Assembly (NCBI RefSeq): GCF_009834535.1
Contig: NC_045696.1
Span: 116,810,001 to 116,874,000 of the forward strand
DNA: 64,000 nucleotides
From: Camelus ferus
Taxonomy: Eukaryota
Direction of reading: 5' to 3'
The position numbers were made by a program, and so were the translations under genes. Each line of letters begins with the position of its first letter. Positions within the stretch are counted from its first letter, which is position 1. Shown here in pieces: positions 54,089 to 64,000 of this stretch. The notes beneath the pieces are model-generated. The model was not told the origin of the DNA, ran no database searches, and saw nothing but the letters and a program-made list of their open reading frames with translations.

Positions 54089-55737
54089 CCTTGTTTTGGG
54101 ATCCAGGAAGGGAGAAAACAAATCACCAGGAAAAGAGGAAAGACAGAGCAATAGGGTAGTGTTACCGTAGTCTCATCTTTGCTCAGATTCCTGAGCCCCC
54201 ACCTGACATTAAAGAGTCCGTCTACTAAAACACGACTGCTCCCTGGAAGGGACACTCAGCTTCTTAGCAAGGATCAGCTGACAACCAACAGAGCACCAGC
54301 ATACACCACAGGATAGAGGAAAAGGTTCCAGTTAGCCTGACCCAGAAAGAGGAGTGAAAAAGGTACCAGAGAGAATTTATGACCTTGCAGAGTGCTGGCC
54401 CTGCCACATCTAGTTAATACCACTGCCTCCACAACCACCACCAGTCATTAACTGCTTACTGTGACTACAACTGATGTTATACAAATGTTATCCAAACAAC
54501 ATCTGATTTATTTTTTTCTCTAATTCTTGTGGTCACGTTCTAAGGTGGGCACTCGCCCATTTTAATGATAGTGAAACTAAAGCTCAATACGTTTAAACAA
54601 CTTGCCCAAGTCCTTGCAGTTTACAAGAGGCAGCATGACAGTATTTAGTTCTGCCCAATTCCAAAGCCTTTGTCTTATGCCTTTATCATTCATTTTCTCA
54701 TAATTTATGTGCACTTTGTTCTTGAGGGCTGTCAAACCCCAAAATTTAAAAATGTGTTGGTAACTGACATTGAAAAATAATTAAGTCCTATAGGAAATTG
54801 GTCTGTATCTTAGAATTATAGAATATATTTTAAAAATTACTTAATATGAGAAACAAGTTTATAGGAATGCTAAAGGAGAAATCCAGTAAAGGTGAAAAAA
54901 TAATTTTAAAAGGTTTGTCTTAATACTCTGTAGCAGTCACAGTTTTATCACAATGATGGTTGGGTGCTGGAAGGATCTGATACTTCTCTCACTGGTATTC
55001 CCCAATGTCCTCCATAAAAATCCCTTAGTGCCTTTCTGCTCTGGCAAAGCAAGGTCTTGGCCTTCCTTTGAGTCAGGGAAGGAATAGAACAGGGTATCTA
55101 TGAGGAACTCAGGCCAGCAAGAAATAGCCAGGAATCAAAGTGCAGGGGTAAAGGAGGCAAAAGGAAGGGCAGAAAACGTATGCCAACTCCCTGTCTACAA
55201 GGTCAACAAATAGGTTCCACCTATTCATCTAGTTTTAAAGCATCTATGTATCCTTTGCCAGCCACTGAGCTATGGAGACAGAGATAAATAACTCACATTT
55301 CTTGACCTTAAGGAAAAGTAAGCAGTCTGATTTATCCAGACAAAAGGTGTGCTGGGAGGTTCGAAGGTGATCCAGCTAATTCACAGAGGTCCCAAGATAA
55401 GGCCCAATTCACTTTCCCTTCTGAGATGTAACTCCATCATTGCTGCTCTGCCTGCAACCTCTGGTTGAAGAACAGAGTCAATAATATGGTCCTGTTTATT
55501 ACACACAGCGTGACACTGACAACGTGACAGAGAGAGTCTTTGGAAGGTTGCTTTCTGTCTAAGTGATCGGCTTCCTTCGAAAGCCAGGCATAACAATGCA
55601 CAACTCAAAAATACACAAATTAATTGATTTCAACTCCAATACTCAACTAGCAAAGATGTGGTTTTGTTATTAATATGGTCCCTCTTCTATTTCTTAATGC
55701 TATATGTTATAGGGTGGTAGCTTGGCTGCTGTATACC

Positions 55738-55930
55738 AACGTTTCTTAACCAGAGGAGCTTTTGACAATGTCTGGAGACAGTTTGGGTTGTCAAAACCGG
55801 GGTGTGCTACTAGCAACTTGTGGATAGAGACCAGGAATGCTGCTAAAAATTCTGCAATACACAAGACGATCTTCCACCATAAACAATTACCTGAACCAAA
55901 ATGTCAACAGTGCCAAGGTTGAGAAAACCA
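55738..55930 (+). mobile_element. MER20-like hAT-Charlie DNA transposon
   Basis: ttgacaatgtctggagacagtttgggttgtca...ccaaaatgtcaacagtgccaaggttgagaaaacc matches recalled MER20. Confidence 0.8.
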
Positions 55931-57408
55931 CCTATATGTCATTTTTTATGTGAACTTTAAAACCTCCTTATATAATCCAATCACTAAATGATGCAACAAA
56001 TCATACACAAAAGATGATTTATTCCTAAAGAAATTTTTAGGTTTATCTGTCTTTTTCAAAATAAGGAGAGTTGCACAGAAGCCAAATAACTTAAAATCAA
56101 TAAATTACTTAATTTCTTTTAAATCTTTGGGTCACGCATTCATAATCAGGGTGACACTAAATATTCAGTTCAGGGACAGTCCCCTCTCAGTTGCTTCACA
56201 TGTCTCCAGTTATGCCCGTGGATTCACCGTATAATGAACTTAAGCCTCTGACAACTTGAGAGTTTCTTTTGAAACAATTCTTACACACATGGGGGCAAAC
56301 TGTAAGATAGTCTCTTGATTTTTTTGCCCTAAAATAAAAATGATAGCCTCTCACTCACTTGAATCCAAACTTTGAATCTGTAATAATCTCAGTAAAACCT
56401 AAGAGAAAAGGTCCTGGATTACTAGCCTTGATTTGATAATTCACTAATTAAATTAGTATTATAAAGATAATTCATTTAGGTCAGGAGACATTTGTTTAAG
56501 TGTGCAAAAGACCTATTTTCGAGGCATACTAAAGCATTCCAGGTGGGTCAACCAGGTGGCAAACCACCAACTACTAATACATACTCGTTTTTAGTCATGT
56601 ATAATGGGTACCCAAATGATCTCCATATGTCAACATTCTACGGTTCTGCCTCTATTTACCATGTGTGAGGTGCCAGGCAGTGCCTCAGGGCCTGTAAGCT
56701 TTATGAGACAAGAGCTGGCAACAAATAGCCTCAGTTTATTCAAAGAAAATCTTGGATAGGAACGGTTTGTATAGCTATCACAGAGAGCACAGGCAAGATT
56801 TCCCTTTCTCAATACCTGGGCTGTACCTGCCGGTGTCCTGGGTTCCTAAAACTTGGCCTGTCTGACTCTACGGTCTCTCAAACCTCCTTGCACAAACCTG
56901 ACTTTCCCTATCGTACCTCTTCAGTTAGAAATTGAACCAAAGAAATGGTCATTTCTTTAGCATTTCTGGCACTGACGCCTCATTCCCCAGTTTTAATACT
57001 GCACAATACTGTGCCGTGTCTGTTTAGGATTCTAGAACATGACCACTTCCAAGATCACGTGGAGGAGATTTTTTTCTTTCCTCTCTCTCCTCCAGACCAG
57101 AAACATGGTCCCCCTGATCTGAGCCCTGACCTACAATTCTGAAGGCCACTGACATTCCTGTGACAATTAAAGTATTATACAAGGTCTTAAGCACAACACC
57201 AACTTTATTAGTTCTTAACTAACACATGGTAAGTACTGAATTATAATGACCAAAATAAGACCCACGCTAATAAGACTTTGCAGAGTATCATGCCCAGTGA
57301 TTAGAAGAGCCATAATTGGGAGCCAGATAGACAGATCTCCGATTCCAAAGCTATTTCCAGTATAAAACGACCTAGTGTTGGGAAAGGTGGTTAATTCATT
57401 CTCTAGAT

Positions 57409-57622
57409 CAAGAATCTGCAAACTTCAGCCCACCGACCAGTCATCTTGTTTTTGTAAATAAAGTTTTATTGGAACAGGGCCACATCCATTTATTTACATA
57501 TTGTCTATGACCGCTTTTTCGCTATAGTGAAAGAATAAAGTAGTTCAGATAGAGACTATCTGGCCCACAAAGCCTAAAATATTTACTATCAGGCCTTTAC
57601 ACAGAAAGTCTGCTGCTCCCTA
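57409..57622 (+). mobile_element. MER58A-like hAT-Charlie DNA transposon
   Basis: tgtttttgtaaataaagttttattggaacag...tggcccacaaagcctaaaatatttactatc. 8-bp flanks ctctagat/atccagat fit a hAT-type TSD. Confidence 0.85.
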
Positions 57623-59834
57623 ATCCAGATCAAATGAGAGCAAATGAGAATGGGAATTTCAACTAACCATTTTCCCCAATACATTCCTATTTGAGAACTA
57701 ACTTGCTGGAGAAGGAGAGTGTATAATGATCCAGCTTAATCAAAACTTTTAAAAATTAAACTTCACATAATTGATCCTAGGTTTCCGCATGTAGGTGGTT
57801 TAAAGGAGGGGGGAAAAGCACTCAGTGAGCACAAATGAAGTTCAAATATTTCCCAATTCTATTCATTTCACCATTATGTAACAGCAAACACTCCACAAAA
57901 TGTAGGGTTTATGAGAATCAAGCCACTTAAGAATTGGTGTTGAAATGCAAACTCCCACTAAATTCAACACAGATACTAAGGTCTATTTTTGTCTTTCTCC
58001 TCCCTGAATAGGACCGTAAGTTAACCAGGGACCCTAGGAAACTTCATAGGACCATCTGCAATCTTATGTGTAACACTCCTCAGAAAGTGCTTCTTCCCTT
58101 AGCTACAGAGCTATCTACTGCTTTTTTTTTTCCAGTTGAATCTGTGGGAGCATCAGAAAAAAAAGAGTGTGCACTTCAATTTCAAGAACTTAGGCCAAAA
58201 CAGGAGTTTTTTTCCTGGATATAATACTGCATTTGGCAAACACACTGAGCGTTCCCTTCCTCTGGCGAGCTCGGACTGAAGATGCAGAAAATAGGGTCAT
58301 TGGTTCAATATCTCTAAAGATGGTCTGTGACCTGGCATACGACAAGCCTTCCTGACATGAATGATTATGGAATTATAGATCCTTGCCATTAAAAAGAAGC
58401 CTCAGAAATTATCTAGACTAATTGTGTTACACTGTAGCTGGAGAAACAGCAATTAGGAGAGGCAAATGCCCGGCCTAAGCTGACACTGCTAGCTAGTGGC
58501 AGAGATGGGGTCGGACTTGTGACTCCTGGGACCATTTTACTGTATTACAGAGTTAGCTAGCTGACCTGCCCCAGATAAGACTGTGAAATAGAGAAAAGCT
58601 GTCCTCAGACAACCAGAAATAGTCCCATGCCTTGACAGGACCCACCCACCACTGAATGAAGAATAGAAATCAACTCCTTAGCGTGACCTACAATTGGAGG
58701 CCTGAACTTCCTCTGTGTTCTCCACTCAAGGCAACCGCTCATATTGCTGGAGCTCTAGAACAGCTCACGGGCCAGCATGTCCTCAGAAGCCCAAGAAGCC
58801 AAGGACAATCCTGGAGAAAAAGTGTCCTCAGGAAAACCTGGGCACCAGAACTCATCCAGTCCCAAAAGAACAGGGATCTGGAATAAGAAGAAGGAGGCCC
58901 CATCCTGACTACTAAAGGTAGTCTTGAGCTGATTCCAGCCAATGGCCATGTGTCTTTTCACAGAAGCTGAGGCTAGAAGGGAACTTATGGAACATCTTAC
59001 CCAGTTTCAATTGTATGGCCCAGAAAAGTGGTGAAGAAGCAAGCTCCTTGAGCTCATTTTAATACTGCACAAAACCTAGGAGGAGTCATTTTTATTCATC
59101 CTGGTACCCCCAAGAGCCGTATTTCTATCATACTCTCCTAACCTAGACTTTATCTAGAGTAATATTTGTGCTGATATCACAAAACCAGGAGCTCTGATTA
59201 GCTGCTGATGACATCAGAAGGATTTCCATGAAGTGATGGATTATGCACAAACATGCCAAATAGTCATCGTTCCCATTCTTTTTAATAAGATGAATGTAAG
59301 GGGAAGGGATAGATATGTGGCATATTCAGAGTATGTAAGAGGAAACTCCAGCCCAAGCCTGGGAGAGAATTAAACGCCAACCCGAGGGTCCGTAACTTGC
59401 CAAGTTTCCCACCCCTAAGGCAGTGTCCCTTCCACTATGGTGTGTTATATCAGTTAGAATCTGCTACAGCAAACCGGTCACGAAGCCCTGCTTCCCTCAA
59501 GTTCTGAATAACAAGAAAAAGTAGAGGGGATAGAGATCGAAGTCATTTATTTCTTTTTATGCCATAGATTTATCTATAGACACTCACACTGCTGGAATGT
59601 ATGACTTCAAATAAAGAAGTGAAAGTTTAACGCACTAGTAAAGTTAACCTAAGTCTGTATGTAATTTGAAGTACACTGAGCAAGAATTCTGGTTTAGCAT
59701 AGATTCAGCTGACTTCCAAAATGAGTCAATTAATATCATACAATAGCTAAGTGCAAAACACCGCAGAAGAATTTGAAAAAGTCAGTCCTTATGTCTAAAA
59801 ATTCACCTTTTTATCTAGAAGAATAAATCTACCC

Positions 59835-60260
59835 TATACAGTTGAGATGCTTTTTGCAGAAACTGACAAAAAAAAATCCCACTCAAATTGGCTGAAGAGG
59901 GAGAAAAAAAAATTTGGTCCAGGCTCTGAGTTAACTCCATTCTCAGAAAGGTTCTAAGAATTTCTGCCATCTCAGTTTCAACTTTAGCCAGAAAGGACGT
60001 ACGCCTGCATCTCATGTCTCCTTGGCTCTGGTGGGTTTGTGTGTCTAACCCTGGATTAATTTCTGCATCAGGGGTGTACAGCCCTGGTTGGCCAGGCATG
60101 AGTCAGACATACCTGGAGTCTGGGAGGGATGGATAAAGTTCCATCAGAACTATGGTCTGGGAGTGGAGAAAGAGGAGATCCCCTTTTCTCAAATATGTTA
60201 CCCAGAGTAGGGCCAATACATCAACGATGGCCAGGAGACAAAAAATGCCCATGAAAACAC
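59835..60260 (-). mobile_element. MaLR LTR (MLT1K/L-like) fragment
   Basis: cagttgagatgctttttgcagaaactgacaaaa...cccactcaaattggct and tggttggccaggcatgagtcagacatacc. Confidence 0.5.
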
Positions 60261-60309
60261 ACACAGTAAAAATGATTAAAAATGTATCTCCCTTGCAAAG
60301 TAGGACAAA

Positions 60310-60575
60310 TGAAAGGCACAAGTGCAGAGCGGTTAATAGTGTGGGCTCTGGAACCAACCTGCACAGGTTCCAAACCTCATTCCACCACTTGTTAACTGTG
60401 TGAGCTTAGGCAGGTTACTTACCCTTCTTGGGCTTTAATGTATCCACCTCTAAAAATAGAGATGATAATAATATCTACTCAAAAGTATTCTGTGATAATT
60501 AAATAAGATAAAACCTATAAGTGCTTAGAACAATCCCTGGCACGTGGTAACCACTCAATCTGTGCTAAGTGTCAT
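60310..60575 (+). mobile_element. MIR SINE, near full length
   Basis: gagcggttaatagtgtgggctctggaacc...tgtgtgagcttaggcaggttacttaccct...aagtgcttagaacaatccctggcacgtggtaaccactcaat. Confidence 0.8.
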
Positions 60576-61229
60576 GATTATGAGTATTATTGTATATGAG
60601 AGGCAAACATGATGAGTTTTATAAAATCTCAGAGGAGGGAGAGACACTTACAAAGGATTAAGGATGTGCTGCACCTGTGGACCTGCACTGAACAGGGAAG
60701 ACTGGGTCATTGTCGTAGTAGAAGGGTGAGGAGATGACACCAGGCCCATGGGTAAGGATGGCAAAGAGCAGAAGTCACAGTAGACCAACCCATCTGACTA
60801 GAGTGCAGAGTGAAACTGTAACCAGGTCTTCACTGCCAAGATTTTTTCAAAAACGCTGGGCGTAGGTTAATCTGCCGGGTTGTGCTCCTCCTAAAATGGA
60901 ACTGAAAAAAAACTATTGCTTTCAGTTTGGATTTACTGGTCTTGTATTGTGAAACAATTCTGTATCTTCTTCTGTTTTATTCAAGCCATTCACTAAGAAA
61001 AATTTTATATGTCAACATCCTTATATGATTTTTGTGACACACTCATAAAATTACTCTATTAATTAACAGACTGAAACTTAAAAACCTTTGAACTCGAGAA
61101 CAGCAATCTACCTTGCCAATATGGATGTGTTGATCTAAGGGTTATTATTCTGTTTTCAAAAAGCCGTTACCCTACTGATGGGTCTCATCTCCTCCAGACC
61201 TGCTAATCTCTTTCTCATAGCCCCTCCCC

Positions 61230-61374
61230 GGAGACCTCCTAAAAGCAATGCTGAGACTACGCTGGCACCTTGATCTCAGACTCCGCAGCCCCCAGAACCA
61301 CGAGAAATATGTGTCTGCTGCTTAAGGTGCCAGACTATGGTGTTTCGCTACAGCAACCCAAGCATCCTAAGACA
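61230..61374 (+). mobile_element. MaLR LTR 3' fragment
   Basis: ctggcaccttgatctcagactccgcagcccccagaaccacgagaaata...ctacagcaacccaagcatcctaagaca. Confidence 0.7.
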
Positions 61375-61653
61375 GGACTCATTGGGATTAAAACATTTTT
61401 TATTGATTCTTTGATCATTTGAATATTTCAGCGGCAGTGGAACTGAATTTCATGTGACATTCTAGATTTCACTCAACTATAAACATTATGATGGTCCCAC
61501 GAAGTTTTATTTTGTTGAGCTGAAATATCCTTCTTCCCAAAGGTAACTGATTAGATTCCAATCAGGCAATAGGACTCCTCAGGACTTAGGTCAGGTCAGG
61601 GGGAAGTCCACCTAAGGCTGTTTTGCACAGATTAGCTACAGGTCTGCTGGTAT

Positions 61654-62184
61654 TGTAACAGAAAAGAACAAGTCTGACTCCATATTAGATCTGTTCCTTT
61701 GGCTGTAACCCTGTGCTCTGTTTCCTGGGCTTAGTCTTGCCGGTTCTACACCTTTTGTAAAAGACTGTTGCCTAGAGCCTGTTGCCTTGTCCTGAAACAG
61801 GACAGCCCATTCTCAAGGCTCTGACCTTTAAGGGTATTAACACTTTCCCATTCATATAAGGAAAAAAAAGCTGCAAAATAGAAAATAACATTTGTTTTGT
61901 TAGAAGTTTACTGGGACACCATGACCTGATCCACACGGACAGCTGAAAGAATAAAGGATTCTGACACCAAGAATTTTGCACCAACCAACCACACCCCCCT
62001 CTCCTTTTAGTACAAAAGAAGCCTCAATTCTAAGTCCAAGAAGATGGTTCTCCAGGACATTAGTCTGCCATCTTCTCGATCGGCCAGCTTTCTGAATAAA
62101 GTCGTTATTCTTTGCCCTAACATCTCCTCTCCCAATGTACTGGCCTGTCATGTGGTGGGCAGAATGAGTTTGGACTCATTAATA
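61654..62184 (+). mobile_element. Solo ERV1-type LTR, family A copy 3
   Basis: tgtaacagaaaagaacaagtctgactcc...tttggactcattaata, with TSD gtat/gtgt (one mismatch). Confidence 0.9.
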
Positions 62185-63054
62185 GTGTTAAGATATAAAG
62201 TCTAATTATCATTTGAAAAAAATTGAGGGAAAATTCCCTGTCTAATGTCTTAGAGAACCTCTAAGCTTTGCAGGATAGCCCTACTAATTGTGGAAACAAT
62301 TTTTTTTTTAATTGAGGAAACACTTGGAAAATGGACCTTTATGTTGATCGTTGAAGGACACAGGTGATCTATAATATTTAATACTCAAAATGATATCACA
62401 TCTCCTGACAGGTAGCCTGAATCAAGTGAGCCATGTACTGACACCTTGCACATTTCTTCACTTTATAGGTAAGAATGATGGGCCACGAGTCCAGCCCTGG
62501 GACTACTGGTCCCGTGCTCTGGCCACCATCTAATCTGCATGCATATTTGCCATGCTTTTGCTCATTCTTCCAAATGAAGTGTTTCCTTTTGGCTTTGAAG
62601 TCAGACCTGGGATGGATCCTTAGACACTCACTACCTGCAGGGCCTTACAACAGGCTTAGATGGGAGACGGCTGGCGAAAACACCTATCATCCTGCCTCCT
62701 GGCACATAGTTAAGTGTTCAACACCCACTCTTTCCCTGCAGAGAACTCCTGGTTCCATTAAGACAGTTGAATCTTTGCTCCCTTACTCTTCTTCATATAC
62801 GGCCACTTTTGAATGCTGTTCTTCCCTTTGAGTAATGTGTTGTTTTTCCTAATATGATGAGCCATCTCATCAACTGAAGTATCTCACAGAGATAAAAGGG
62901 AAGTGTTTATTGTTTCTTTTTATGTTTTTCCTAAGATTTCAAGAAATTTATCACTCATTAAAAAATTAGAGCAGATTTACATGAGTAGCTGATGGAACCC
63001 AAGGTGGATTAATAATTTCTTGGTGACGCTAATGGTTAATTAGGCATGCATATT

Positions 63055-63592
63055 TGTACTAGAAAAGAAAAAAATCTGACTCCATATTAGATCTGTTCCT
63101 TTGGTTTTAACCTTCTGCCTTGTTTTCTAGGCTGAGTCTTGCTAGCTCTGCACTTTTTATAAAACAGTGTTGCCTATAGCCTGAAATACACAGGATAGCC
63201 TATTCTCAAGGCTCTGATCTTTAAGGATATTAACGGTTCTGCATTCACATAAAGATAACAAGCTGCAGAATAGAAAATAACCTTTGTTTTGTTGGAGGTT
63301 TTACAGTGGCACCATGACCTGACCCACGTGGACAGCTGCAAGGACAAAGGATTCCAAGAACAAAGAATTCTTACACCAACAAGTATGCAACAATCAACCA
63401 CATCCCCTCCCCTTTTTAGTATAAAAAGAGCCTGAATCCTAAGTCCAAGAAGATGATTCTCAAGGACACCAGTCTGCCATCTTCTTGGTCTTCCGGTTTT
63501 CTGAATAAAGTCTCTGTTCCTTGCCCCAACACCTCGTCTCCAGATTTATTGGCCTGTCGTGCCATGAGCAGAATGAGTTTGGCTCGATAACA
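63055..63592 (+). mobile_element. Solo ERV1-type LTR, family A copy 4
   Basis: tgtactagaaaagaaaaaaatctgactcc...tttggctcgataaca, with TSD tatt/tatc (one mismatch). Confidence 0.9.
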
Positions 63593-64000
63593 TATCCTTT
63601 TTCAAAAAAATTATCAATCAGGCCTCGCCCAACGCATCTCTCCTCTCAGCGGCAGCCGCTCTCCCGGCCTTGAACCGGCTCTGTGAGATTAGGGTCCAAA
63701 CGCTAACTATGCGGCACCTCCTCCTACCTCAAGGTGTTGGGAGACAGCTCACACCAGTCCTCGTGCCCTTCCGAGGCCTGAGGCGCGGGCAGCTTGTGCT
63801 CGCAGTCGCTGTCCGCTGCAATGTGACCTCCTCCTCCCGACTCGTCCCTTGGCCAGGGCCTGGCCTACCTTGGTCTCCGGCGTCCGACGGGCTGGACCCG
63901 AGTCAGGCGTCGGAGAGCACACACGAGGACAAAAGCTTGTGCACCAACGAGAAGAAGCCACTGCAGGGCCTCAACCACAGCTTCCCCGCGTTCACAGAGA

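Noticed and set aside
58656..58961. Four overlapping ORFs on both strands
   Set aside because: Short, no recognisable protein, and explained by locally higher GC content.
61654..63592. Two same-family LTRs 870 bp apart as a miniature provirus or TRIM
   Set aside because: Each LTR has its own TSD and the outer flanks differ. No primer-binding site follows the first LTR and no polypurine tract precedes the second.

Overview
This is AT-rich mammalian genomic DNA, most likely a camelid (alpaca/llama/camel), judged from Vic-1-type tRNA-derived SINEs and the L1 3' ends. The window appears to lie entirely inside the voltage-gated potassium channel gene KCNH8 (Kv12.1/ELK family), transcribed on the minus strand. 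Two coding exons are visible, 38084-37957 (128 nt) and 32940-32700 (241 nt), both with canonical AG/GT boundaries. By recalled human numbering they are exons 4 and 5, encoding the post-PAS linker and S1-S2. The rest is intron filled with transposable elements. These include an apparently full-length ~7.1 kb degenerate L1 in gene-sense orientation carrying a nested MER2-like DNA transposon, a younger 5'-truncated L1, several L1 tails, and five SINEs. There are also four copies of one ERV1-type solo LTR family, a MER41-like LTR, and MaLR, MIR, L2, CR1 and hAT fragments. Nearly all ORFs in the supplied track are spurious or L1-derived. I see no new multi-gene system. The best leads are regulatory or RNA-level hypotheses: an in-frame 369-nt exon 4-5 circle bracketed by inverted repeats, a strong CTCF motif, the LTR cluster, a MER41-like LTR with eroded GAS sites, and GC-rich patches suggesting GC-biased gene conversion. 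Repeat family names come from recalled consensus sequences and need RepeatMasker/Dfam confirmation. Old-repeat boundaries are approximate.
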